Origin: an uncultured delta proteobacterium
GTDB taxonomy: Bacteria; Desulfobacterota; Binatia; UBA9968
Reading direction: 5' to 3'
Assembly (NCBI GenBank): GCA_963727625.1
Contig: CAVSHR010000004.1
Coordinates: 1,536,001 to 1,600,000 of the forward strand
Length of the DNA stretch: 64,000 bases
Positions within the stretch are counted from its first letter, which is position 1; each line of letters starts with the position of its first letter. Made by a program: the position numbers and the translations under genes. A model generated the notes under the pieces. That model was given only the letters and a program-made list of their open reading frames with translations. It was not told where the DNA came from and did no database searches. Of the stretch, positions 53,231-63,393 are shown one piece after another.

Positions 53231-54589
53231 TCATACGCGAGCCGGTCGAAAAGACTTTAGCACCATCACGGCGACGGTCGCGAAGTACCCGGGGCGCAAG
53301 ATGCCATGGGGCGGAAAGGGCGAACCGACCAGGGCGGTCAACCGACCGGTCTCGGAATTAACGGCATAACCCGAGACGGTGTCCACCTCGCGATTGACTA
53401 GATAGAGGAATCGGCCGGCCGGGTCGATGATCGGCTCGCGCGGATGACTGCCGGGCAAAAATTTCGAACCCGAGCTAAACGGCGCTCCGGCGATCGGGGT
53501 CAAAACGCCGCTGTTCTCATCGACCATAAAAGCGGAAATATCTCCCGAGCGGTAATTGTTGACGTAGAGGAATTTGCCCGATGGATGAAAAATCGGCCAC
53601 ACCGGATAGATGCCGGCCGCGAATGGCGATCCGGGCAATTCCGCGAGCGCGCCGCCGCCATCGATGGCGAAAGCCGACAGCGTATTAAAACGCAAATTGG
53701 TCACGTACCCGAACCGGCCGCTCGGATGAATCGTAAAGGCAAAGGGGCGCTTGCCGACGGCGCGGGGCGAATTCGCCAGCGGCAGCAAACGCCCCGTGCT
53801 CCCGTCGATGGTGAAAAGCGATAAATCGTTGGAGCCACGATTGGTGACGTAGAGAAATCTGCCGCTCGGGTCGATGTTGATCGACCTTGGGTCATTGCCC
53901 ACCTTGACCGGCGAATCGGCGAGGGGCTTGAGCGCGCCGTTTTCCAAGTCGATCGCATAAGCGGAAATGGTGTCGGCGCCCTGATGGGCCGCATAGGCAA
54001 AGCGACCGAACGGATCGATGACCGTGTAGCGCGTGCGCTGACCGGCGGGAACTTGGCCGGCCGGCTCAAGTGCGCCCGACTGCTGATCCACGGTGAATAC
54101 CGAGATGCTGTGGAAATCACGATTGGAGACGAAAGCCAGCCGGCCCGAAGGATGGAGCCTCACGTTGCGCGGCCGGGCCCCGGTCGGAAACGGGGAACCC
54201 GGAATCGGCTTGAGTTGGCCGGTCTCGGAATTGATCTGAAAGCCGGAAATGGATTGCCCGTCCCAATTGGCGGCATAAAGAAAACGGCCATCGCCATCCA
54301 CGGTCACCGCCCGCGGATGCTTGCCCGTGCGAAACGGCGATTGCGGCACTGCCGCGAGCCGGCCAGTGTGGGGCTCGATGGCGTAAGCGGAAATCGCTGC
54401 CAAATCCCAATTAGCCGCGTAAAAAAAGTTTCCGCTGGGCTCGACCAGCGAAAGCCGCGGGCCGAACCAATCGGAAACGTAGGTGTAACTCGAACTCAAC
54501 AAGCTGCTCGGCGTAGACAATTGCGATTGCGGCCTCGTGGAAAATCTTTCTTCGGGAAGTTTGACTAGCCGTTGGAATGGAAATATCAC
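53231..54589 (-). CDS. Lactonase-family (Pgl-like) beta-propeller with 8 internal repeats
   Basis: Repeated unit [DH]PSGRFLYVxN...IS.F.ID..TG.L..L.GSPF..G..P; no obvious signal peptide. Confidence 0.88.
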   Translation of the reverse strand: MIFPFQRLVKLPEERFSTRPQSQLSTPSSLLSSSYTYVSDWFGPRLSLVEPSGNFFYAANWDLAAISAYAIEPHTGRLAAVPQSPFRTGKHPRAVTVDGDGRFLYAANWDGQSISGFQINSETGQLKPIPGSPFPTGARPRNVRLHPSGRLAFVSNRDFHSISVFTVDQQSGALEPAGQVPAGQRTRYTVIDPFGRFAYAAHQGADTISAYAIDLENGALKPLADSPVKVGNDPRSINIDPSGRFLYVTNRGSNDLSLFTIDGSTGRLLPLANSPRAVGKRPFAFTIHPSGRFGYVTNLRFNTLSAFAIDGGGALAELPGSPFAAGIYPVWPIFHPSGKFLYVNNYRSGDISAFMVDENSGVLTPIAGAPFSSGSKFLPGSHPREPIIDPAGRFLYLVNREVDTVSGYAVNSETGRLTALVGSPFPPHGILRPGYFATVAVMVLKSFRPARV

Positions 54590-54610
54590 GCGGCGTTTTT
54601 TCCTGTCAAT

Positions 54611-55594
54611 CTACCGGCCGTGAAACCGGTCGTTCGTCGCGCGATCATAATATTTGCAGGACCGGCGTGACCTGAAAAAAAACTCAGCTGCGCGCGCGCC
54701 GGCTGCCATAGGTCCGGCGTTGGCGCCGCGACGACATTTTTTGTAGCGATTGTAGTTCCAATAATATTGGTCGGGATAGCGGCGCACCAGGTTCTCGATG
54801 GCAAGATTGAGCTTGGTTTCGTCGAAATCATCGGCCGCCAGCGGCTCGAAATGCAGCCGGAAGCCTTTGCCACCGGGCAATCGCTCACCGAATGTCAGCA
54901 TGAAGGCCGCACCGCTCAATTGTTGCAACTTGCGCGGCAGTGTCGCCGTGAACGCCGGTTTGCCGAAAAAGTCGGCCCACACCCCCTCGCCGATGCCCGG
55001 CGCATGATCCGGCAATAGCCCGATCGACTCGCCGCGACGCAAGGCTTGGCAGAGCATCTTGACCCCTTTGAAGCTGGTCGGCGCCAAAGGCATCTGCCGA
55101 TAAGTTCGGCCGCTGAGCATTAATTCATCGAGCCGTTTCGACCTTTGCGGCCGATACATCACCGCTAGCGGGAACTGGGTAGCCACATAACGGGCGGCGA
55201 TTTCGAAGCAGCCCATATGAGGCGACAGGAAAATGATGCTCTGTCCTTGGCGGTGCAAGGATTCTACTTTATCCCAGCCACGGAGCTCGACGACAAGGCG
55301 GGTGAAGGCTTTTTCATCTCTGAACCAGACTGCCGGCAATTCCATCAAAGCACGGCCGTCTTGCGCGATCACGGCATGCAAGAGCTTACGGTACGACTGC
55401 GCATCGCCGCCGAGACCGCTGATGGCGAGATTACTTTGCATGCGCCGCGCATAGCCCGAAGAAAACCAGTACACCAGCCAACCGACCGCAACTCCATAGG
55501 CATGTAACCATTGCAGCGGAATCCTGCTCGTCAGGCGAAGAAACGACAACAACAACGAATCCACACTCCGGCTCCCGTCGACGATAACGTTCAA
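54611..55594 (-). CDS. LpxL/HtrB-family lipid A acyltransferase with the canonical motif
   Basis: SPHMGCFE, MYRP, GLLPDH, FFG, YPDQYYWNYNRYK. Confidence 0.92.
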   Translation of the reverse strand: MNVIVDGSRSVDSLLLSFLRLTSRIPLQWLHAYGVAVGWLVYWFSSGYARRMQSNLAISGLGGDAQSYRKLLHAVIAQDGRALMELPAVWFRDEKAFTRLVVELRGWDKVESLHRQGQSIIFLSPHMGCFEIAARYVATQFPLAVMYRPQRSKRLDELMLSGRTYRQMPLAPTSFKGVKMLCQALRRGESIGLLPDHAPGIGEGVWADFFGKPAFTATLPRKLQQLSGAAFMLTFGERLPGGKGFRLHFEPLAADDFDETKLNLAIENLVRRYPDQYYWNYNRYKKCRRGANAGPMAAGARAAEFFFRSRRSCKYYDRATNDRFHGR

Positions 55595-55804
55595 GGATGG
55601 CGCGACCGGCGCGCGGCCAAGGCGAATCGAGGCGTCCGGCGGCGCGGCAACCCAATAACTAGATTTTTCGATGCGCTGTTTTTGAGGCTAGCCGACAGCC
55701 GCGAACTATGTCAAGTTGGTGACGTTGTACCGAGGATTCCCGGTCTGAATTGGTTATTTTTGCATCGTGCGAGCTGCTCAGGCGATAAGAATGTCGCTCA
55801 AATC

Positions 55805-56869
55805 ATGACCATGAAGTTGCTCGAACTCGGCTGTCTTTGTCTCACCGTTCCGCACTTGAAAGAATTCATGGAGATCGCCGGATATCCCGGCAAGGGCCTC
55901 ATCGCCGCACTCACCGGAGTATTTTTGTTCGCCTATGGTTACTATCGCGCCGACGACAAAGCAAAACGGCTCGGCTGGGCGATCCTGATTTCGTTATCAG
56001 CGGTGGCCGTCCTGACAGTTCTCCTGAAGTATAGCCTGCGGTTTCCCCGGCCGACGCCGCGCGCCGGCTTCGGTTTTCCATCCGGCGATAGCGCGACAGC
56101 CTTCAGTCTCGCCGCCGCGGCTGGCACGGCTTATCCGACCGCAGCGCCGGTGTTTTTTCTCGCCGCCACCTTGGCCGCGATTTCACGACTCTACTTTCGC
56201 GCTCATTTTGTCTGGGACGTACTCGGCGGCGCATTACTCGGATGCGCTTGCAGCTATTGGTCGGCGCGCAAGCTTTTACCGGATCGGCAGAACGTGGGTC
56301 ATTCCATTCTATGGTTTCTCGGCTGGCTTCCATGCGCCATCCTTGGGGTCGCCGCGTTGTCGTTCTTCTGGTCCCTCGAGCGACAAATCGGCGCGCACAA
56401 ACTGCCGCATGAACAGCGGAGGACGCCAAGGGTGTCCACGCTGTCGATTGAGTTCGGCACGGCCCCGGCAAGGCAGCATTTGCTGAACGGCTGGTCGACC
56501 GACCGGGTCTGGCCCGGGGAAAAGATTCCCTTCAACTGGGTCGAAGGCTCACACGCTGCGGTGAGGGTAGGCGTGGCAACGCCGCGACAGTCGCGAATGT
56601 TGATTCGCGCTTATCCGTACCGGCCTCACGGGTTCCTGTGCCAGCGGGCAAATATCGCTCTTAACGGCAATGCTCTGGTAGCCGCGTGGCTGGAGCAGGA
56701 CTGGCAGACCTACCAACTTGAAGTCCCGGCAGGTTTATTCCATGTCGGCGAGAATCGTATTGACTTTGGATTCCCCTATTCGGACAAAAGCAATTGGCAT
56801 GGGATGAATCCCGATCAAAAACCCCTGAGTGTCGCGTTTCACTGGCTGCGCCTAGCGCCCAGCCCATAG
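55805..56869 (+). CDS. PAP2-like membrane protein with a C-terminal soluble beta-sandwich domain
   Basis: LKYSLRFPRP, FPSGDS, SRLYFRAHFVWDVLGG, followed by GWS...NWVEG...LNG...GENRIDF. Confidence 0.82.
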   Translation: MTMKLLELGCLCLTVPHLKEFMEIAGYPGKGLIAALTGVFLFAYGYYRADDKAKRLGWAILISLSAVAVLTVLLKYSLRFPRPTPRAGFGFPSGDSATAFSLAAAAGTAYPTAAPVFFLAATLAAISRLYFRAHFVWDVLGGALLGCACSYWSARKLLPDRQNVGHSILWFLGWLPCAILGVAALSFFWSLERQIGAHKLPHEQRRTPRVSTLSIEFGTAPARQHLLNGWSTDRVWPGEKIPFNWVEGSHAAVRVGVATPRQSRMLIRAYPYRPHGFLCQRANIALNGNALVAAWLEQDWQTYQLEVPAGLFHVGENRIDFGFPYSDKSNWHGMNPDQKPLSVAFHWLRLAPSP

Positions 56870-56911
56870 TGCGTGTTGCTTGAGTGAATAACCTGAGCTC
56901 GGATTGATTCT

Positions 56912-58447
56912 ATGGCCAAGAACGCATCCGCCGGGGCAACCAACGCAATTAAAATGTCAAAGCGCCCGTTCGAATTCCGGCGCGCGCTATCCGGCGACCT
57001 CTCGGCGACTTTTTACCTGGTGATTCTCGCATCGTTTTTGCTGATTCAAGTAAGCTCTTCTTGGATTCCGACGCGGGACGGCGCCGCTTATTTATCGATT
57101 GCCAGAAGCCTTGCCTCTGGCAACGGACTGCAACGCTTCGGCAATCCCCATCTGCATTTTGCCCCGGGATACCCGGTGCTGATCGCTCCGGCATTCTTTT
57201 TTTCCGACCAGCCGTTCTTGCTGATTTCATCAATTCACTGGCTCTTTTTGGTGGCATTCATCTGGGGAATTTATCTCTGGTCCAAGCGCCAGCTGCCCGA
57301 GCATGCGCTGCTACTCACCGCGCTTTGCGCCGTCAACGTCGGTGTTTTGTACTATTTTCGCCGCACCCTGTCCGAAGCGGCGTTCATGCCGCTGCTGATT
57401 TGGACCGCGGTGTTCATGGATCGAGCGATCGACGCTCGCGACCGTACGGAGGCCGTTCTCTTTGCGCTCGCTGCCGCGCTGTTGGCCGGCTATCTTTGTA
57501 CCGTGCGCCTGGCCGGCGTCACCCTCGCCGCCGGCTTTGCTCTCCTGCTTTTTGTTAAAGCGATAAAGCGGGAAATAACCGGGATACGAGCCGCCTCCTG
57601 TGCCAGCCTGGTCCTCGCCACGGCACTCGGCGCAACCTTGCTGCTGATTGAATACGATCGTACCATGGCCTTAGCAAGTGGCGTCGCGAGCAGCTACTAC
57701 GACGAACTCGCTCGCAGCAAAATAAACGTCTATCAAAGAATTCTGCTCGGGATTCTCTGGCGGGTTCAAGAAATCGGCAGATTGACCATTCCCGGTGCGT
57801 TTAAAGCTTACGGCGGTTGGACGAATCCGATTATGCTAGTTTACTTGCCGGTCTTTGTTGCGTTCATTATCGGTTGGTACCGGGCAATCTCCCGACGCCC
57901 GAGCGCGCTGCTTTTTGCCTTCCCATTTTATTTCGGTCTCTATGTCATTTGGCTCGGCCATGGAACACGCTTCATGACCCCTATGATACCCGTGCTCTGG
58001 CTGTCGCTACTAGAATTCAGAACCCAATCCCGCTGGAAAGCGCTTATCCCCGGTTTTCCCGGCTGGCTTTTTATTGCATGCCTGGTCACGAGCTTGACCT
58101 ATTTCACCGCGGATCGGCTCGAGACAAAAAAACTCAACGCCTATTGGGATATCGTTAACACAATCTCTACAATCTTTCCCACACATGCTCCTATCGGCTT
58201 CATCCGCACCTCGGGTTCATTCTCCGCAAATTCTTTCGGCCCCATCTGCACGGTAAAATTCGACCGTCGATGTGAAGAAATCCACGACCAAACAGCGCGC
58301 GCCCTCGATCCGCAATTGGAATACATAGTAATCCTAGGACCGCGTTTGGCCGTAACCGGGTTTGCACTCGTGCTCCAAACCGAACAGCTGACTATGTTTC
58401 GGCGCATCCAGCCATTGGCAAGGCATCTACCATCCGAGCACGATTGA
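56912..58447 (+). CDS. GT-C fold integral membrane glycosyltransferase (ArnT/PMT-like)
   Basis: DGAAYLSIARSLASG, PGYPVL, LSEAAF, RFMTPMIP; many transmembrane segments. Confidence 0.8.
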   Translation: MAKNASAGATNAIKMSKRPFEFRRALSGDLSATFYLVILASFLLIQVSSSWIPTRDGAAYLSIARSLASGNGLQRFGNPHLHFAPGYPVLIAPAFFFSDQPFLLISSIHWLFLVAFIWGIYLWSKRQLPEHALLLTALCAVNVGVLYYFRRTLSEAAFMPLLIWTAVFMDRAIDARDRTEAVLFALAAALLAGYLCTVRLAGVTLAAGFALLLFVKAIKREITGIRAASCASLVLATALGATLLLIEYDRTMALASGVASSYYDELARSKINVYQRILLGILWRVQEIGRLTIPGAFKAYGGWTNPIMLVYLPVFVAFIIGWYRAISRRPSALLFAFPFYFGLYVIWLGHGTRFMTPMIPVLWLSLLEFRTQSRWKALIPGFPGWLFIACLVTSLTYFTADRLETKKLNAYWDIVNTISTIFPTHAPIGFIRTSGSFSANSFGPICTVKFDRRCEEIHDQTARALDPQLEYIVILGPRLAVTGFALVLQTEQLTMFRRIQPLARHLPSEHD

Positions 58448-59242
58448 TAGAAGCAATCTGCCAAAAATCGCTATCGCTTGACATCTCAGAACTTTGTCAG
58501 TTTGACAACCACGCAGTTGAAGTTCGAAAACTAGTGATAATCAAGCAATCGCTCGCAATTCACGTCCAGCCAATTGGCTTCCCGGCGTTTAAACAACTCG
58601 ACATCGGCAGGCGCCCACTCATCGGGCCTAACTCGATAACCTTGTTGGGTGTTAAATTCCATTAAGCGCCGCGTTCCGCACTCTGCACCTCTCTCCCGAG
58701 CGATGACAACATCGCGGCCGCCATCGCACATTTCCATGGCGACTCCACAGGCCACTCGGTTTTCGTAGCATGCCTGATATCCCAGCTCTGACGAAGCATC
58801 GACGAGCGTTGAACCGAAGGGTAGGAATATGCTTTGCAAGCCGCCCGGAGTAAATTGGCCGCCAACTGCCATGAAATTGTTGAGGACACAAAGGTTACCA
58901 TCCGGATAGCGATTATTTTCCTGCAATGCGGAGCCCCGTGACTCTTCTAGGCTCAATTGGTTTTTGATCTGGCGTTGTGTCCACTCTGGGACCATCAGCG
59001 CCCATGCGCTGGAGCGTCCGCAACCATCGGAGAGCTGCGGGATGAGATCAAAGTGAACCCCGGCATGGAGGCTTAATTGACAAAACCGCCGGCCTAGGAC
59101 AAGCTGAGAAAATTCGGAGCCTAAGCGCGACAGGTCTGCCGCGGATGCATGGTTCGAGCTTCGTTCCCCTACCGCAATGACGCAACGCGCCAGGAATAAT
59201 AGCCTCATACGACGGTTCTGCTAAGCAATACGAGGGCACCCG

Positions 59243-60136
59243 ATGGCGCTTCGATGCGTTCGACAACCGATTATTTTGATGGGTATGGCGAGGTCCGGAA
59301 CCACGCTGTTGACCGATTTACTTCATCGACTCGGACTCTTCATCGGCCATAAACGAATTGTCGTCGACCAGGAAGCCAAATATTTCGTTTCGGTCAACGA
59401 TACGCTGCTTAAACGGGTGCATGGCTACTGGGACAATCCCGCGCCCATGCGCGCATTTCTTAAGGAGGAAGACGCCGTGGAGTCGACTGCGCGCCGCATG
59501 GAGGAAGACATCCGCTCGCCGCGCATCGCCGGCTTTCTTGGCTGGAAACAATATTTGGCGTACCATTCCGTCGAAGCCTTCGACAAGCCCTGGGGTTGGA
59601 AAGATCCGCGCAACGTTTTCACCCTGCCCTTATGGCTCCGGCTTTTTCCCGAGGCGAAAATTATTTACATCATACGCAACGGCGTTGACGTAGCCGACAG
59701 CCTCTTGACCCTGGAACGTAAAGTCATCGCGCAAAGAGAAATAAGAAACGAGCGAGCCGCCCGGCGCATCAGCTTGCGCAGCCGTCTGGAGCGCGGCGGT
59801 TTCAAAGGCGCCGCGCGCTGTCTCGACCTCAGCGGCGGCTTCAGCCTGTGGGAAGAATACGTCGCTCAAGCCGAAGAGCTGCTGCCGGCCATAAGCAACG
59901 ACCGCAAGGTGCTTCGCTACGAAGACTTTCTCGTCAATCCCGCCGATCGGCTTGCGGAACTAGCCGGCTTCTGCGATCTGAACGGCGCCTCTCGGCAAAA
60001 AATTGCCGAAGTCATCCCGTTGATCGACCGGAGCAGAAGTTGTGCATTTCTAGCCAACCCGGCATTGCAGACTTTTTATCAGCAGGTCAAGAATACCCCC
60101 TGGATGGCGCGTCACAAATACGCCGATCTCGCATGA
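59243..60136 (+). CDS. PAPS-dependent sulfotransferase
   Basis: GMARSGTT (5'-PSB loop), WGWKDPR, YIIRNGVDVADS, LRYEDF. Confidence 0.92.
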   Translation: MALRCVRQPIILMGMARSGTTLLTDLLHRLGLFIGHKRIVVDQEAKYFVSVNDTLLKRVHGYWDNPAPMRAFLKEEDAVESTARRMEEDIRSPRIAGFLGWKQYLAYHSVEAFDKPWGWKDPRNVFTLPLWLRLFPEAKIIYIIRNGVDVADSLLTLERKVIAQREIRNERAARRISLRSRLERGGFKGAARCLDLSGGFSLWEEYVAQAEELLPAISNDRKVLRYEDFLVNPADRLAELAGFCDLNGASRQKIAEVIPLIDRSRSCAFLANPALQTFYQQVKNTPWMARHKYADLA

Positions 60137-60240
60137 GACGCTGGACCAATCTTTCACGGCCAAACTTGCGGCGCGAACCGGACGGTAGGAAACTTGACGG
60201 CAATCGTTGTGGCGAAACACGTCTGTGAGGTAAGACCGCA

Positions 60241-61119
60241 ATGCCACACGTCAGCGTCGTCATACCAACGTACAATCGCCGAACCTTCCTAATCGAGGCG
60301 CTCCAGTCAGTTTTTGCCCAAACTTTTCGCGATTTTGAGGCGATCGTTATCGACGATGGTTCGAGCGACGGCACCGAGCAGGCGCTGCGCTCGTTCGAAG
60401 CTCGTGTGCGCTACTTTTACAAACCCAACGGCGGGGTGTCGAGCGCGCGCAACGAGGGCATCCGGCAGGCCACCGGAAGCCTTATCGCTTTTCTCGATTC
60501 CGACGACCTTTGGGAAGCGAATTTCCTCGAAGTCACCGTCGGCTATCTCGAAAATAATCCTGACGCGGCAATGGTCTCCACCGGCTGGCGCACCCTGCCC
60601 AGCGGCCATCGCTGGCCGCCGATCAAAGAACCGCTGCTGCAAGGTCGTTTGCTGCCGCGCTTGCTCCAAACCAGAATGGTCAGAACTTCGGCCGTCGTCG
60701 TTCGTAAAACCGCCCTACTGGGGGCGGGGCTGTTCGATGAAAGACTCGATGTCGCGGAAGATCTAGACATGTGGTTAAAACTGGCCGCGCGTTATCCTAC
60801 CGCCTTCTTAAACGTTCATTTGAGTTGGGGCCGGCGCCACGATGATCGGCTGAGCAAGAATCGTCGGCTCCACCTCGAGCGTCAGCTTCAAGTGCTTGAG
60901 GCTCGCGATGATCCGGCTCTCGCTGCAAAGACCATTTTCAATCGACGGCGCGCGCAATTGTATGTCGAACTTGGACAAAGCCATTTCAAAGTCAACGATT
61001 TTTCGGCGGCCAGAGCTTGCTATAAACAGGCTCTGGCGCTCAACCCGTATTCTGTCCGCGCCCGCCGCCACCTGGTAAAAACACTTTTTGCCCGGCGCAA
61101 GCGTTCGGAGCAGGTCTGA
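60241..61119 (+). CDS. GT2 glycosyltransferase with a C-terminal TPR-like helix pair
   Basis: VSVVIPTYN, DDGSSD, SARNEG, FLDSDD, EDLDMW. Confidence 0.94.
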   Translation: MPHVSVVIPTYNRRTFLIEALQSVFAQTFRDFEAIVIDDGSSDGTEQALRSFEARVRYFYKPNGGVSSARNEGIRQATGSLIAFLDSDDLWEANFLEVTVGYLENNPDAAMVSTGWRTLPSGHRWPPIKEPLLQGRLLPRLLQTRMVRTSAVVVRKTALLGAGLFDERLDVAEDLDMWLKLAARYPTAFLNVHLSWGRRHDDRLSKNRRLHLERQLQVLEARDDPALAAKTIFNRRRAQLYVELGQSHFKVNDFSAARACYKQALALNPYSVRARRHLVKTLFARRKRSEQV

Positions 61120-61244
61120 GAAGTCTCAACCTGTTCCGCTCCAGGCGGGCGACTTCATGGGGCCGCGAAGGATAGTTTGGTTGCTTTGAATTTGGTTCGG
61201 CGCGCGGGTAATAATCTCGAAAAAAGGTCGACCGATCCCCACCG

Positions 61245-62207
61245 ATGAACGCCGTCGATTTATCCATCTGCATCGTCAACTGGAATCGCTGCGAGCTGCT
61301 CCGCAATTTGCTACTTTCCTTGCAACCCGCTTACGCCGGCTTGGCCGCGGAGGTGATCGTCGTCGACAACGCCTCGACCGACGGCTCGGCGAAGATGGTC
61401 GCCGTGGAATTTCCCGAGGTTCAGTTGACGCGCAATGGGCAGAATCTCGGCTTTTCGAAGGCGAATAATCAAGCGGTGGCCAAAGCCCGAGGCCGCTATG
61501 TATTGTTCCTGAACAACGACACGATCGTGCGCCAGGGCGCGCTCGAACAGATGACAACGTTGTTGGACAAGCGGCCTGACATCGTGGCGGTGGGGCCGCG
61601 CTTGAATGGTATCGACGGCCGGCCGCGCGATCGTTATATATGCCTGCCGACGTTGCCGGCGCTGCTCGACCGCGTCCGACTGTTGCATTGGACGCGCCTG
61701 TTCCGCAGAGCTTACCGCGCCTACCGGCGTGGCAGCTTCAATGCAGCCGAGTCGCAAACAGTCGAACAGGTGCCGGGCTCGGCGGTGATGGTGCGCCGCG
61801 AGCCATTCTTGGCCAGCGGCGGATGGGATGAGGGCTTTGACTTTGGCTGCGAGGACTTTGATCTTTCAGCGCGTTTGAAACGGCTCGGTTTGTTGTACTA
61901 TCTGGCCAGCGCCGAGATCATCCATTTGGGCGGCAGAAGCTCCCGTGCCAACACGAGCTTTGTCTATCGCGGTTATGAATGCGGCTGCGCCCGCTATCTG
62001 GCGAAGCATTCACGGTGGCGCGCGGCGGCGTGGATCTATAAACTGCTGGTCACCCTGGACATGCCGGTCCGAATCATAGCTTTGGCGGCGCGCTATACCG
62101 CGACGCGTTTTCGGCTGAATCAAGAGCGGGCGGAGCGCAGATGGCTTCACCTAACGGCGGCAAGCCGGTTCATGTTTTTCGATCTACCGCGCTTCTGGCG
62201 CGCTTGA
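61245..62207 (+). CDS. GT2 glycosyltransferase (WbbL-like)
   Basis: IVNWN, VDNASTD, NLGFSKANN, FLNND, GGWDEGF...EDFD. Confidence 0.93.
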   Translation: MNAVDLSICIVNWNRCELLRNLLLSLQPAYAGLAAEVIVVDNASTDGSAKMVAVEFPEVQLTRNGQNLGFSKANNQAVAKARGRYVLFLNNDTIVRQGALEQMTTLLDKRPDIVAVGPRLNGIDGRPRDRYICLPTLPALLDRVRLLHWTRLFRRAYRAYRRGSFNAAESQTVEQVPGSAVMVRREPFLASGGWDEGFDFGCEDFDLSARLKRLGLLYYLASAEIIHLGGRSSRANTSFVYRGYECGCARYLAKHSRWRAAAWIYKLLVTLDMPVRIIALAARYTATRFRLNQERAERRWLHLTAASRFMFFDLPRFWRA

Positions 62208-62236
62208 TTGAACGTCGGGTTCGAGAATCCACGACC

Positions 62237-63208
62237 ATGCGCCGCGTGAGTGTTATCATACCTGTTTTCAACGATGAACGTTTCATCGGTGCGGCCATCG
62301 AAAGCGTGCAAAGACAACAATTCCGCCCGCTCGAAATTATCGTCATAGACGATGGTTCGACGGACGGCACCAAGGACGCCGTCGACCGCTCTAGCGGACC
62401 CGTGCCGGTATCTTATCATTATCAAAAAAATCAGGGGCCCGGCGTCGCCCGCAACCTGGGCGTATCGCGGGCGCAAGGTGACTGGATCGCGTTTCTCGAC
62501 GCGGATGATATCTGGTATCCGCAAAAGCTCGCCGTGCAGTTGGAGCAGATCGAGGTTCACCCGGAGGCGGGCTTGGTCTATTCCGATTTCGACGTCCTGC
62601 TACCAGAAGGCGCGATCGCACCGCGGACTACCGTCAGGCAATTTACCCGTCCGTCCAAGGATGAATGGAAAAAGCTCGCCAATGTCGTATTTGACGGCCG
62701 GCCCTTTCCCTTCCCTTCGACGGTCCTAGTGCGCCGAGATGTTTTTGAAGGGTTGGGCGGCTTTCGCGCGGATATGCGGCAATATTTCGAGGACTTCGAA
62801 TTGTTTGCCCGTGTGGCAAAGAGCTTTTCGCTTTTTTACATTGGACAGAACCTCGTGCTCTATCGGCTCACGCCGAAATCCCAACGAGAACTTCAAGACA
62901 CTCCGAATCTGTTGATTCTATTGGCGTCGTTGTGGCAGCTATGGGAGGATCAACCGGAACGGCAACCAATTTTGATTAAACAGTATGCTTACCACTATGC
63001 GCTGTTAGCCAAATACGCCCTTCAGGACGGGAACTTCGAACAAGCCCGGGAGTACTATCGGTTGTCGTTTGCCTATTCGCCCGCTCTTTATTACCCATGG
63101 TCCTGGAAAAACCTGCGCCGCTGGGCGCTGTGCTACTTGCCCGGTCTCAGATACCTATACACTAGGGAGACCCGTCGACGGGCGAGTATCGCGTCGCAAT
63201 CAAAGTGA
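62237..63208 (+). CDS. GT2 glycosyltransferase
   Basis: VSVIIPVFN, DDGSTD, ARNLG, FLDADD, FEDFE. Confidence 0.93.
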   Translation: MRRVSVIIPVFNDERFIGAAIESVQRQQFRPLEIIVIDDGSTDGTKDAVDRSSGPVPVSYHYQKNQGPGVARNLGVSRAQGDWIAFLDADDIWYPQKLAVQLEQIEVHPEAGLVYSDFDVLLPEGAIAPRTTVRQFTRPSKDEWKKLANVVFDGRPFPFPSTVLVRRDVFEGLGGFRADMRQYFEDFELFARVAKSFSLFYIGQNLVLYRLTPKSQRELQDTPNLLILLASLWQLWEDQPERQPILIKQYAYHYALLAKYALQDGNFEQAREYYRLSFAYSPALYYPWSWKNLRRWALCYLPGLRYLYTRETRRRASIASQSK

Positions 63209-63393
63209 CTCGCGAATTTAACAATGGGCTTCGAACATCCTAGTGCGGTCATGGCGGTAGAATGCAAAAGAAATCGTCCCGCGATTGAGATCCCAGCTCG
63301 GCTTATTCGACGATGAAGCCTAAGCGAAACATAGTCGATGGCTACATTAGGCAAGATTTGGGCGCCGCGGGTTCTGATTAGGTTCGTCACGCC

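Noticed and set aside
55511-55804. Long N-terminal extensions in the ORF track (55511, also 35518, 40494, 45590, 52126)
   Set aside because: They overlap neighbouring genes or lack homologous character; downstream starts fit family N-termini better.
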